Positions 1 to 9,368 of a DNA stretch of 64,000 nucleotides are shown one piece after another. This DNA comes from Candidatus Magasanikiibacteriota bacterium (lineage in GTDB: Bacteria; Patescibacteriota; Patescibacteriia; Magasanikbacterales; GWA2-37-8). The notes under the pieces are model-generated. The model ran no database searches. It was not told where the DNA came from and saw only the letters and a list, made by a program, of their open reading frames with translations. The first letter of the stretch is position 1. Each line of letters opens with the position of its first letter. A program made the position numbers and the translations under genes. The stretch lies in assembly GCA_017991415.1 (NCBI GenBank), contig JAGOQR010000001.1, positions 277,992 to 341,991 on the forward strand, read 5' to 3'.

Positions 1-19
1 TGCTACAGACATATACTAC

Positions 20-1336
20 CTATATCTTATTTTGTAACTTTATAAGAACTTCCCGTGCCACCTGCCTATCATCCCATGGAATTTTTTTACCATTGGCGAT
101 TGCTATAAAAGGTTCTGTGCCTTTAGCAGTAATTACCACCACATCTCCCGCACTCGCCAAAGAAATGGCTTTTTCTATACCTTTTTTTCTATCCACCTCT
201 ACAAATAAATCTACCCCCTCTTTTTTTCCTGCAGCTCGAGCACCCACCGCCAGCATACTTGCAATCTCAACAGGATCTTCGTCATAACAATTAACATCAG
301 TTATGACCACAAAATCGGTAAGCAGCCCTGCCACTTCTCCCATTTTTGCTCGCTTGCCCTTATCCCTACCACCGCCATCAGAACCAATCACCGAAATTAT
401 TTTTTTATCCTGTCCAACTATTTTACGCAAACTATTAAACAGCTCGGTAAAACTCATAGGCTCATGCGCATAATCTACAAAAACCTTAAAATCCTGACCT
501 GCATCAACCACTTCCATACGACCTTCTACTAATCTAACACTAGCTAAACCTCGCGCAATATTTTCATCTGTTATGCCTTGGGACTTACCCACTGCAATTG
601 CTGCCAAGGCATTATATACATTAAACTCCCCAATAATATTCAGCTCGTAGCGTGAGCCACCTGCTTCAAAAGCAACGCCGCGCGCATCTGAAGAAATAAT
701 CTTTCCTGAAATATAAGAGATATTTAGCACTGGACTATGAGCACGCAACCCAAACCCATATTTTTTATCAGCTGGAAATTGTACATAATAATTTGCATGT
801 TCATCATCGGTATTAGCAATAATAATTTTTGGTATTTTTTTCCCACCAAAAATTTTATTTTTTTTATTCATTAATCCTGCAAAAATTTTACCCTTGTCTC
901 TTTTTAAGTTTTCAAAACCACCATGTCTCTCTTGGTGTTCTGTCCCTAAATTAGTAAAAATCACCATATCATATTGCAAACCATAATGACGCCACTGCAA
1001 AATACCTTCTGATGATGTTTCTACCACAGCGTATTGACACCCAGCCATAACCATTTTTCGAAGCATTGACTGAATTTGACCACGACCCAACATAGTCATT
1101 TTTTTATCATTGAGCCAACGTTTTTCACCCACCTGAAATTCAGCCGTACTGAGCATACCAACAGTATTACCACCTGCCTCTAACACTGAGGCCACCAATC
1201 GGCAGCTTGTTGTCTTTCCTTTGGTACCTGTAATGCCCACCACAATTAATTTGCGGGATGGACGACCATACCACCAATATGCTACCCAGGCTAGAAAAAA
1301 ATGAATTATTTTTTTAAACATACCATTTTTGCACAC
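20..1336 (-). CDS. Mur ligase family protein, MurE-like (lacks the usual N-terminal UDP-binding domain)
   Basis: P-loop GITGTKGKTT sits about 40 aa from the N-terminus. Mur-ligase core TSSEGILQWR...VIFTNLGTEH and DYAHEP motifs are present. An upstream in-frame stop prevents a longer N-terminus. Confidence 0.6.
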   Translation of the reverse strand: MCKNGMFKKIIHFFLAWVAYWWYGRPSRKLIVVGITGTKGKTTSCRLVASVLEAGGNTVGMLSTAEFQVGEKRWLNDKKMTMLGRGQIQSMLRKMVMAGCQYAVVETSSEGILQWRHYGLQYDMVIFTNLGTEHQERHGGFENLKRDKGKIFAGLMNKKNKIFGGKKIPKIIIANTDDEHANYYVQFPADKKYGFGLRAHSPVLNISYISGKIISSDARGVAFEAGGSRYELNIIGEFNVYNALAAIAVGKSQGITDENIARGLASVRLVEGRMEVVDAGQDFKVFVDYAHEPMSFTELFNSLRKIVGQDKKIISVIGSDGGGRDKGKRAKMGEVAGLLTDFVVITDVNCYDEDPVEIASMLAVGARAAGKKEGVDLFVEVDRKKGIEKAISLASAGDVVVITAKGTEPFIAIANGKKIPWDDRQVAREVLIKLQNKI

Positions 1337-1339
1337 CTA

Positions 1340-1921
1340 TTAACTTCTAAGGCTCACATCGTACAATACTTGCTCTAATTTATTTAAAGCTTGTTTAGCT
1401 TGGTCAAATTTTTGACGATTATAGCCAGTCAAATTCATATCAATTAATTGACCGATAATTTCATCTGCTACTTGCCTACACCTTTTGACCTCTTCGTAGT
1501 TTCTTTCTGTGGCAGATTTTATAGCATATCGAAGCAGTTCGCCTGGCACATCACACAAACCACTAATAAAAATATCTGGATCAACTTTAATTTTTGATAA
1601 TTTACCAATGATTTTATGTTCTAAATACTGATGAAACAAATATGCTTCAATATATTCTTCTAACGCTGCTTTGTACGAACCCTCTTCAAAAATACTTGGA
1701 TCTTTTTTATTTTTTTCATTTAAATCAAGCAGAATCTTTTCTGCCTGGACAAGTAGCGCTGCCGCTTCTGCGGCACCATCTCGTTGCATTGCAAAAATTG
1801 CCTTCTTTGCCATATGCTGAGCATCTCCCGCATCTTTAATTACCCCGCGACGTTTGGCCGCATAACCCAACAGCTCTTCTCGAATCTGACTGAAATATTT
1901 TTTATCCAACATACATAACAA
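1340..1921 (-). CDS. hypothetical all-alpha protein (possibly translin-like)
   Basis: 193-aa ORF, helical and charged composition, no recognisable catalytic motif. The translin-like assignment is a weak impression only. Confidence 0.3.
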   Translation of the reverse strand: MLCMLDKKYFSQIREELLGYAAKRRGVIKDAGDAQHMAKKAIFAMQRDGAAEAAALLVQAEKILLDLNEKNKKDPSIFEEGSYKAALEEYIEAYLFHQYLEHKIIGKLSKIKVDPDIFISGLCDVPGELLRYAIKSATERNYEEVKRCRQVADEIIGQLIDMNLTGYNRQKFDQAKQALNKLEQVLYDVSLRS

Positions 1922-1929
1922 TTAATAAA

Positions 1930-2934
1930 TTAGTCCTTCTTCATTTGCTTTATATAATTTGGAATATCTGTTTCGTTTTTCTTTTCCAACCAGTACCACC
2001 ATTCTGCGCCCCATAAATACGCTCGCGGCATACCTGTTTTTTCTGCAAATGCTAAATTCTTTTTTAATCTTTCTAAGCTCATAGATTTAAACTGATCTGG
2101 AATAGAAGTACTAAACAAATCTTTATCATCAGCAACCCATGGCTCTGCTTGTAGCTCAGTAATATAGGCAGTCTCCACACCACGACCATTTAACCATAGT
2201 TTTGCCTTGTAAACAAAACTAGGTATTATCCAATCATAACTAAAATAACCAATTGTTTTGTTCCAAATTACCCTGTACAACGTTGTTCCAAATAAATCAG
2301 TCGCCAAAGCAGTCTTACGCCAAGAGCTTAGCTCACCGCTATCAGTAACAATCACAGGATGATTTGAATCTAGTTGCTTAACCCATGAAATCTCTTCCAC
2401 CAGCTCTTCCAAAGAAATGGGTTCGCAGTTACCAAACCCTAAAAACGGCTCATTTTCAACCTGCCACGATTCTAAGGCGGGGTGATTTTTATAACGCTCC
2501 ACCACGAGCTTCATAAATCTCTCGAGATCTGGTTTGTGTTTTTCTTGGCTAGAAAAATCTATCCAACTCGGAGCATGACATTCTGGCCATCGAGGTGTTT
2601 TGTGGCCCACAGCCAGCATTACCTTGGCATTTCGAGACGCTGCTTCTTGCATCATCCAATCAAGATCTTGCCAATCATACTCACCTTTATTTTTCTCTAT
2701 TAAATTCCACTGGGCTGACAAACGAATATACCTAAAATTCCACTCATCTAAAATTTTAGAAAAAACATCTTTTGAGTCAAATCCTAAATAATTAGCATAT
2801 TCTGTACTAAAACTAACTCCGTAAATCATAGAAGAATTTCTCTTATAATTTTTTAATTTAAAAGATAGGAATAAACCACCTAATACACATAGCACTATCA
2901 CCGAACTTAGAATTAAAAATTTACTATTTTTCAT
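1930..2934 (-). CDS. membrane-anchored glycoside hydrolase, clan GH-A (GH5/GH42-like TIM barrel)
   Basis: N-terminal signal-anchor helix. QVENEP motif (catalytic Glu in an NEP context) and a second acidic ITELQAEPW segment, typical of clan GH-A retaining hydrolases. Confidence 0.5.
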   Translation of the reverse strand: MKNSKFLILSSVIVLCVLGGLFLSFKLKNYKRNSSMIYGVSFSTEYANYLGFDSKDVFSKILDEWNFRYIRLSAQWNLIEKNKGEYDWQDLDWMMQEAASRNAKVMLAVGHKTPRWPECHAPSWIDFSSQEKHKPDLERFMKLVVERYKNHPALESWQVENEPFLGFGNCEPISLEELVEEISWVKQLDSNHPVIVTDSGELSSWRKTALATDLFGTTLYRVIWNKTIGYFSYDWIIPSFVYKAKLWLNGRGVETAYITELQAEPWVADDKDLFSTSIPDQFKSMSLERLKKNLAFAEKTGMPRAYLWGAEWWYWLEKKNETDIPNYIKQMKKD

Positions 2935-2938
2935 GTAA

Positions 2939-3886
2939 TTACATTAACAATAATAACAAACCAATACTAATAAAAAATACAGCCACTACTTTTTGAATAA
3001 CTTCTTTTTTAGAAAATGTTTCTTTTAAAATTTGAGGGAAAAATTTAGAAATAATGGCGACCAGAACTATAAGCATCGCAAACTGCACCCCAGCAAGCGC
3101 ATTAACAAGCGACACACTGCCAATAGACATAGCATATTGTAGAAGCACAGCTCCGAGTGCCCCTAACAAAATATTTCCTCCTACCAACAAAACTTGATAC
3201 TTACTGAGCATTTTTTTGATTGGCACTTCTTGCGCTCCTACCACCTGCTCTATAGGGTTTACTTCTTTTTTCTTTGTAAAAAGAGCCCGTACCGACGGAG
3301 AGAATAATAAAAAAATAGCAAAAATACCAATTGGTAATTTGGTTAACACAAAACCGCTCACAAAATCATAATGATCGTAGATATATTTGGCACTTACATG
3401 AGAAATGGCAAATAAAAACCCCGAGACTGTGGCCCATTCTAAACCACTTCGCCACGGTGAGGCACCTTCTTTTGTTTCAACAGAAATTATCAGAGATCCA
3501 ATCATTAAAAAAATAGCAGCCAGCAAAGCATACGGCCCCAATCGCTCTCCTAAAAAAAACCTGCTTAAAAACAAAATAAAAAACGGAGTAACCGCTCCGA
3601 TAATCGGACCAATTCGACTCACCTCACCTTTAGTAATAGCTAAATACATTGCCCACAAACCCAGCGCAAAGCAAAAACCAGATACAACAGAAAGCGCATA
3701 GTGAGTGCCTACAAGGGGCATAGTTACCAATCCAAAAGGCAGAATAAGGAAAGCTGGCAAAATAAAAATAGTGGAATAAAAGACAAGAACTATCGGCTTA
3801 GAGACAGCTTTGGTCAGGATAAGTTTATCGATAATACCCACCAAAGCTAAGGTAGTATTTCCTAAGAGAGCTATAAAAACCCACAT
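2939..3886 (-). CDS. EamA/DMT-superfamily transporter
   Basis: About 10 predicted TM helices with a duplicated 5-TM architecture, as in EamA-like permeases. Confidence 0.5.
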   Translation of the reverse strand: MWVFIALLGNTTLALVGIIDKLILTKAVSKPIVLVFYSTIFILPAFLILPFGLVTMPLVGTHYALSVVSGFCFALGLWAMYLAITKGEVSRIGPIIGAVTPFFILFLSRFFLGERLGPYALLAAIFLMIGSLIISVETKEGASPWRSGLEWATVSGFLFAISHVSAKYIYDHYDFVSGFVLTKLPIGIFAIFLLFSPSVRALFTKKKEVNPIEQVVGAQEVPIKKMLSKYQVLLVGGNILLGALGAVLLQYAMSIGSVSLVNALAGVQFAMLIVLVAIISKFFPQILKETFSKKEVIQKVVAVFFISIGLLLLLM

Positions 3887-4014
3887 AATTAGATGGTTAT
3901 TAGTTACAACATTTTACCATTTTAGCCCATAAAGGGCAACGAAACAATATTTTTGGCTAATTATAAACAAAAAATAGCTTCTCGCGGACACGCAACAAAG
4001 CGAGCCTTCAGCCC

Positions 4015-4043
4015 TTGACAAAGGGGCCAAAATATGGTAGTTT
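4015..4043 (+). promoter_or_regulatory. sigma70-like promoter for the GT4 gene (TTGACA-N17-TAGTTT)
   Basis: TTGACA at 4015-4020, a 17-nt spacer, then TAGTTT about 35 nt upstream of ATG 4078. Confidence 0.35.
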
Positions 4044-4077
4044 AGATAGTTATTTTTTTATAAACTTAACTGGAGTT

Positions 4078-5205
4078 ATGCGTATAGCCATGATCGGACA
4101 AAAGGGCATTCCGGCAATCTACGGTGGCATCGAACGCCATGTGGAAGATTTGTCGATAGAGCTATCCAAACAGGGTCATAGTGTTTTTGTCTATGCTCGT
4201 AAATGGTTTACTAATAGCAATATTGCAAACTACCAGGGCGCGCATATCGTACACACCCCCACACTTCACACCAAACATCTTGATGCAATTTTTCATACAT
4301 TTACTGCCACAATCCACGCACTACTTGTTCAAAAACCTGACATCATTCACTACCACGGCGTAGGCCCAGCATTACTGAGCTGGATACCTCGAGTTTTTTC
4401 TCCTCGAACAAAAGTTATCGTTACCATGCATTGTCTGGATAGATACCACCAAAAGTGGGGCTTCTTTGCCAGAACTATGCTTCGCCTCGGTGAATGGATA
4501 GGCGCTATTTTTGCGCACAAAGCTATTGCTGTTTCCAAAACAATTCAAAGCTACTTCTTAAATGAATACCATAAACAAACTGTGTACATTCCTAATGGTG
4601 TTAAACTAACAAAAAAACAAAGCCATTCTCTTATTGATCAATGGAATTTAAAACCTGGAAAATATATACTCATGGTTTCTAGGTTAGTAAAACATAAGGG
4701 TGCGCACTACCTTTTGGAAGCATGGCAAATAGCTCGCCAACAAAACCAAGAACTATTAAAAGATTATAAGCTAGTAATCGTTGGTGATGGCGTTTTTACT
4801 GATGATTATGTATCTCAATTACACCATATTGCTCGTGGCGATAGCAGTATTGTTTTTACAGGCTGGCAAAAAGGCCAGGAGCTAGAAGAGCTTTATGCTA
4901 ACACAACTATGCTTGTGCACCCTTCAGAAAATGAAGGTCTTCCTATTACTGTCTTACAAGCAATGTCTTATGCTCGAGCCGTGCTCGTTTCTGATATTTC
5001 CGAACATAAAGAAGTAATCAAAGATAAAAATTTTTGGTTCGACAATACCAACATCTATTCTCTTGCTGAAAAAATAGCTGAACTTGTCTCGAGTCCAGAA
5101 CTATTAAAAGAAAAAGGAGAATCTAACCAAAAGTTGGCACAAACAAGCTATAACTGGGATGAAATTACCAAACAGACAATTCATCTATACAATGAAGCAA
5201 AATAG
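4078..5205 (+). CDS. glycosyltransferase family 4 (GT-B, retaining)
   Basis: MRIAMIGQKGIPAIYGGIERHVEDLS N-terminal GT4 signature and a C-terminal E-x7-E-like region (SENEGLPITVLQAMS). The tracked ORF start at 4015 is an N-terminal overextension that covers the promoter. Confidence 0.8.
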   Translation: MRIAMIGQKGIPAIYGGIERHVEDLSIELSKQGHSVFVYARKWFTNSNIANYQGAHIVHTPTLHTKHLDAIFHTFTATIHALLVQKPDIIHYHGVGPALLSWIPRVFSPRTKVIVTMHCLDRYHQKWGFFARTMLRLGEWIGAIFAHKAIAVSKTIQSYFLNEYHKQTVYIPNGVKLTKKQSHSLIDQWNLKPGKYILMVSRLVKHKGAHYLLEAWQIARQQNQELLKDYKLVIVGDGVFTDDYVSQLHHIARGDSSIVFTGWQKGQELEELYANTTMLVHPSENEGLPITVLQAMSYARAVLVSDISEHKEVIKDKNFWFDNTNIYSLAEKIAELVSSPELLKEKGESNQKLAQTSYNWDEITKQTIHLYNEAK

Positions 5206-5250
5206 TTCCAATCAAAAAATTAAAAGCGGCCCAAGCCTAAAAAGCACTCC

Positions 5251-6486
5251 TTATAAAGAGTGCTTTTTTATTTCAATAGCTTCGGCGTAAATATTTTCTA
5301 ACTTCTTAAAATAATCTTGCGGGTCATGGTTTTTCTGCAGCGTCTCTACTGTATGAGTAGCAATAGCACTTGCCTCCGAATCGCTTGTCGCCATTGCTTT
5401 GCGAATCGTTTTTGCTAAATCGATAGGATCTTCTGGCTTAGCCAAAAAACCACTTATACCATCTTTGATAAGCTCTGGATTTCCACCCCTATCGACTGTA
5501 ACTACAATACGGCCATAACTCATCGCCTCGAGAATTGCCAAAGAACAATTTTCATAAAATAAAGATGGCACGACAATAACTTTTGCTTGCAACATTACAT
5601 TTTTCCAATCTTCGCCACCAACCCATCCGACCCGCTCAATATTAGAAAGGATGTTTTTCCGCGCAAACTCTTGTACCCACGCATCATCTGGACCATTTCC
5701 CACAATCATAATTTTATGGTCTCGCAACTCCTTGGCTGCTTCCATGAGAATTTTCACACCTTTTTCATAATGAATTCTACCCATGTAGACCACTTTATTA
5801 CCAAGGGGTAGTACAGATGGTTGCAGACCAAATGAATTATGAACAACGCGCATTTTTTTTGCTGGAAAACCATACTCTACTAATTTATCCGCCATAAACT
5901 GGCTTGGACAGATATAGAGATCTATACGTTTCCATATCTTCTTTAGACGATAATAATATGCTTCGGCAGTACCAGCAATGCTAGGCAATAATTTATTATT
6001 AATACAACGATATCGAATACAGTTATACGGCTTATTCTTATAACAACTCTCACACAGAGTCTCCCCTTTCAGAAAATTACGGCTGGGAGAAATAGGGAAA
6101 AAATCATGAACGGTCAAAACCGTAGGAACTTTTAGCTCATACAGTTTGGTAAAAGTACTGGCAGACAAATGATGATAAACACCATGCAGGTGAGCAACCT
6201 GCGGTTCAGTGGCCATTACCAGAGCGCCAAGTTTATTTTCTATTTCTTGAGAATAAAAAAGTCTTTTAAAAATTTTCCATGCAGTACCTATATCTTGTTT
6301 TCCGAGCAACTCTGGTACTTCCGATGCAAAAAAAGCAGAGAACTGAGAAGGCAGGTTAGAAGAGTGTGCCATAGAAAACTCACTCACCTCATGACCCCGT
6401 TCACGCAAACCATTAATCGTATCAAAAAAAACAACCTCTACACCGCCACGACGATAAAAAAATTTATTTACCTGCAAGATACGCAT
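5251..6486 (-). CDS. glycosyltransferase family 4
   Basis: MRILQVNKFFYRRGGVEVVF...; C-terminal FYENCSLAILEAMSYGRIVV and GNPELIKDGISGFL motifs. Start chosen at internal Met (MRILQV). Confidence 0.75.
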   Translation of the reverse strand: MRILQVNKFFYRRGGVEVVFFDTINGLRERGHEVSEFSMAHSSNLPSQFSAFFASEVPELLGKQDIGTAWKIFKRLFYSQEIENKLGALVMATEPQVAHLHGVYHHLSASTFTKLYELKVPTVLTVHDFFPISPSRNFLKGETLCESCYKNKPYNCIRYRCINNKLLPSIAGTAEAYYYRLKKIWKRIDLYICPSQFMADKLVEYGFPAKKMRVVHNSFGLQPSVLPLGNKVVYMGRIHYEKGVKILMEAAKELRDHKIMIVGNGPDDAWVQEFARKNILSNIERVGWVGGEDWKNVMLQAKVIVVPSLFYENCSLAILEAMSYGRIVVTVDRGGNPELIKDGISGFLAKPEDPIDLAKTIRKAMATSDSEASAIATHTVETLQKNHDPQDYFKKLENIYAEAIEIKKHSL

Positions 6487-6511
6487 ACATTCTAAAAGCA
6501 TTAAAATCTGA

Positions 6512-7219
6512 TTATTTACCTGCCACAACCACCAAGTTGCGGGCGTCTTTTTTGAGAGCAACATGATTGCCTTTTGTATAATATATTTTTTCTATTTTAA
6601 AACCAACGACTTCCAATAATTCTCTTATTTCTTTTTTTGTAAAATGATGATAATAACGTTCCGCTAACACTTCACCCTCTTGAGTTTTCCAAGGAATTAA
6701 ATAATCATTTTTTTGCAACAGCTTCCAATCCTTCTTAAACTTTTCTTCTGCCCACTCACTCTCTAAATTCCAGACTGTAATGATGAGCTTTGCTTTTTTT
6801 TTCATTTCTTTATACGTTTTTTTTAATAATTCCAACCGAGTTTCTGTATTGGGCAAATGATGAAACGAGGCAATCATAAAAACCAGGTCAAAAAAATTAT
6901 TATCAAATTGCACCTCTTTTTTTGCATTAGATAAAAATTTAACCGTACCTGTTTTAAGAAATCTAGAAAATTGCTTTTTGGCAATTTTTAACAACTCTTC
7001 ACTTTGATCAACTCCATAATACTGCGGCGATTTATCTTCCAAAATATAGAGAAGCCTGCCATTACCACACCCCCAATCCAAAATAGTTTTATTTTTACCT
7101 ATCAAATCTCTAAACTTTTCAAGCTCTGCGGCATGATAGCGAGTAGCCGCAAAGTAAGGGGCGATACGGTTGTAATCTTCCCGAGTTTTATGTATAATCC
7201 GTACGTCATCTATAGACAT
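6512..7219 (-). CDS. class I SAM-dependent methyltransferase (possible Trm9/ALKBH8-like tRNA methyltransferase)
   Basis: Motif I ILDWGCGNGRLL and motif II/III spacing typical of the Rossmann methyltransferase fold. Divergently abuts Elp3, with start codons 7 bp apart. Confidence 0.7.
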   Translation of the reverse strand: MSIDDVRIIHKTREDYNRIAPYFAATRYHAAELEKFRDLIGKNKTILDWGCGNGRLLYILEDKSPQYYGVDQSEELLKIAKKQFSRFLKTGTVKFLSNAKKEVQFDNNFFDLVFMIASFHHLPNTETRLELLKKTYKEMKKKAKLIITVWNLESEWAEEKFKKDWKLLQKNDYLIPWKTQEGEVLAERYYHHFTKKEIRELLEVVGFKIEKIYYTKGNHVALKKDARNLVVVAGK

Positions 7220-7225
7220 ATTCCC

Positions 7226-8875
7226 ATGGCAATTAACGAAACTATAATTAAGTATCTTGTCCTTAACCCTCCCGAAACGGAGACTGATTTTAGCGAATCT
7301 CTACGAAGAATGTTACGCCAAGAAAATGATCCGAAAATTTCTATTCCTAACAAGCAAGAGCTGCTCAAATCATACCATAAATTAGTCCGCACGGGCAAGG
7401 TCACAAAAAGTATTCAACTAGAAAAAATCTTGCGTCGTCGCGCTGTACGTACCCTATCAGGGGTAACCATAATTACGTCGCTGGTAAAACCATTCCCATG
7501 CCCTGGGAAGTGCGTATATTGCCCGCTCGATGCTCGCATGCCGAAGAGTTATTTGTCCGACGAACCAGCTGCCGCCAGAGCTCTATCCTTGGAATTTAGC
7601 CCCTATGACCAAATGGCCAAGCGCATTGAGGCTTTAGAGAACAATGGCCACCCTACCGATAAGGTAGAGCTTATTATTAAAGGTGGCACTTGGAATTCAT
7701 ATCCTCTACCCTACCAATATTGGTTTATTCTCAAATCTTTTGAGGCGGCCAATCGAACTGGAAAGAAAAATAAAACAAGAGCTACCAAACTACATGAAAA
7801 CTCTTCGGTTAGTAAACTTCGGGCTGAACTAGCTAAACAACAAAAAATTAACGAAACTGCTAAACATAGGATTATCGGCTTAACCCTCGAAACCAGACCC
7901 GACTGTGTTAACGCACGTACTGTTTGGCAAATGCGAGAAATGGGTTGTACTCGTATTGAACTTGGTATCCAGCATACTAATGACACTATCTTAAAACTCA
8001 TAAAACGGGGTCATGATAATGCCAGGTCAAAACTAGCTACCAAACTACTCAAAAACTGTGGCTACAAAACCGACTTCCATCTTATGCCGCAGCTCCCTGG
8101 AGCTGACCCTGCTACTGACCTGGCTATGATGATGGCAGTTTTTGAAGATCCTGGATTTAGACCAGATATGATTAAGGTATATCCTTGTTCAGTAATCAAA
8201 AACTCTGAATTATATGATTGGTACAAAGAAGGAAAATATAAAGCCTACCCAACAGAGGATTTGCTCCAAATGTTAAAAAAATTCAAACCACATGTACCTC
8301 GTTACTGCCGCATCTCTCGCCTCATTCGTGATATACCAGGTCAATATATCGAAGATGGCAATAAAACCACCAACCTACGCCAGGTAATTCAAGAGCAGAT
8401 GAAAAAAGAAGGCACTAGGTGTGTTTGTTTGCGCTGCCGAGAAATTGCTCATGCAGATATTTCCCAAATAAAGGACTTAACCCCACGTTTATTTGTTGAT
8501 GAATACGAAACCCTTGGTGGCACAGAATACTTTTTATCTTTCGAAGATGCAGATAGATTGGTCATATTTGCCTTTTGCCGTTTACGACTGGTAGATAAAA
8601 GCGATGCTAAACAAGATAAAAAGCTTATTCCATTTCCTGCGTATATCCGCGAACTTCATACGTATGGCCAGTTAGTAAAAATTGGTAAACAAGAATTGGA
8701 TTCTAGCCAACACAAAGGCTTAGGAAAAAAACTAGTAAAAATGGCAGAAAAAATTACCAAAGATCATGATATAAAAAAACTAGCTGTGATTTCGGGAGTA
8801 GGTGTGCGAGACTATTATCGCCACCTAGGATACAAGCTAGAAAATACCTATATGGTTAAAAAACTAATAAAGTAG
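7226..8875 (+). CDS. elp3: Elp3-family tRNA uridine(34) carboxymethyl-modifying enzyme (radical SAM plus GNAT)
   Basis: Radical-SAM CPGKCVYCP cluster followed by YLSDEPAAARA; GHPTDKVELIIKGGTW; C-terminal GNAT box SQHKGLGKKLVKMAEKI. These match eukaryotic and archaeal Elp3 signatures closely. Start moved to ATG 7226 (MAINET). Confidence 0.85.
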   Translation: MAINETIIKYLVLNPPETETDFSESLRRMLRQENDPKISIPNKQELLKSYHKLVRTGKVTKSIQLEKILRRRAVRTLSGVTIITSLVKPFPCPGKCVYCPLDARMPKSYLSDEPAAARALSLEFSPYDQMAKRIEALENNGHPTDKVELIIKGGTWNSYPLPYQYWFILKSFEAANRTGKKNKTRATKLHENSSVSKLRAELAKQQKINETAKHRIIGLTLETRPDCVNARTVWQMREMGCTRIELGIQHTNDTILKLIKRGHDNARSKLATKLLKNCGYKTDFHLMPQLPGADPATDLAMMMAVFEDPGFRPDMIKVYPCSVIKNSELYDWYKEGKYKAYPTEDLLQMLKKFKPHVPRYCRISRLIRDIPGQYIEDGNKTTNLRQVIQEQMKKEGTRCVCLRCREIAHADISQIKDLTPRLFVDEYETLGGTEYFLSFEDADRLVIFAFCRLRLVDKSDAKQDKKLIPFPAYIRELHTYGQLVKIGKQELDSSQHKGLGKKLVKMAEKITKDHDIKKLAVISGVGVRDYYRHLGYKLENTYMVKKLIK

Positions 8876-8906
8876 TAAAATAAAAATACTAACTCTATTA
8901 CGACCT

Positions 8907-9305
8907 ATGAACTTGCCTCCAAACTCAATTATCGCTTCTGGACCAGTCATTATAGAAGATGGCAAAGTTTTGCTTAATCGTGAACAAAAGGAATACGGAT
9001 CAAGTTTGTTTATGATTCCAGGTGGCATAGTAGATGATTTTTCTATTCCACTTGAAGAAACCTGTAAACGAGAAGTGAAGGAAGAACTAGGAATTGAAAT
9101 AAAAATTATTCGTCCATTACGTACACTTATAGTAAAAAGGCCAGGGACAGAAAATAAATTAGCCATACTGACCCATTACCTAGCAGAAAGAGTTGGCGAA
9201 ATTAAGCCTGGCGCAGAAACCATAGAATGGGGCTGGTTTGATATTCACAACCTACCAAATAACTGTGCGCCGAGTATTTATGAAATTGTAAAAGATGTAA
9301 TGTAA
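8907..9305 (+). CDS. NUDIX hydrolase
   Basis: Nudix box GGIVDDFSIPLEETCKREVKEELGI. Confidence 0.8.
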   Translation: MNLPPNSIIASGPVIIEDGKVLLNREQKEYGSSLFMIPGGIVDDFSIPLEETCKREVKEELGIEIKIIRPLRTLIVKRPGTENKLAILTHYLAERVGEIKPGAETIEWGWFDIHNLPNNCAPSIYEIVKDVM

Positions 9306-9368
9306 AATTATGATATAATTAGCTCTCTTTAGATTCTAACTTACTGACTAATTATCATATATATTTTT

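Noticed and set aside
7004-7225. 5' part of the 623-aa ORF overlapping the methyltransferase gene
   Set aside because: This N-terminal stretch has no Elp3 homology and overlaps a well-supported minus-strand gene. The in-frame ATG at 7226 (MAINET...) gives a normal Elp3 N-terminus.
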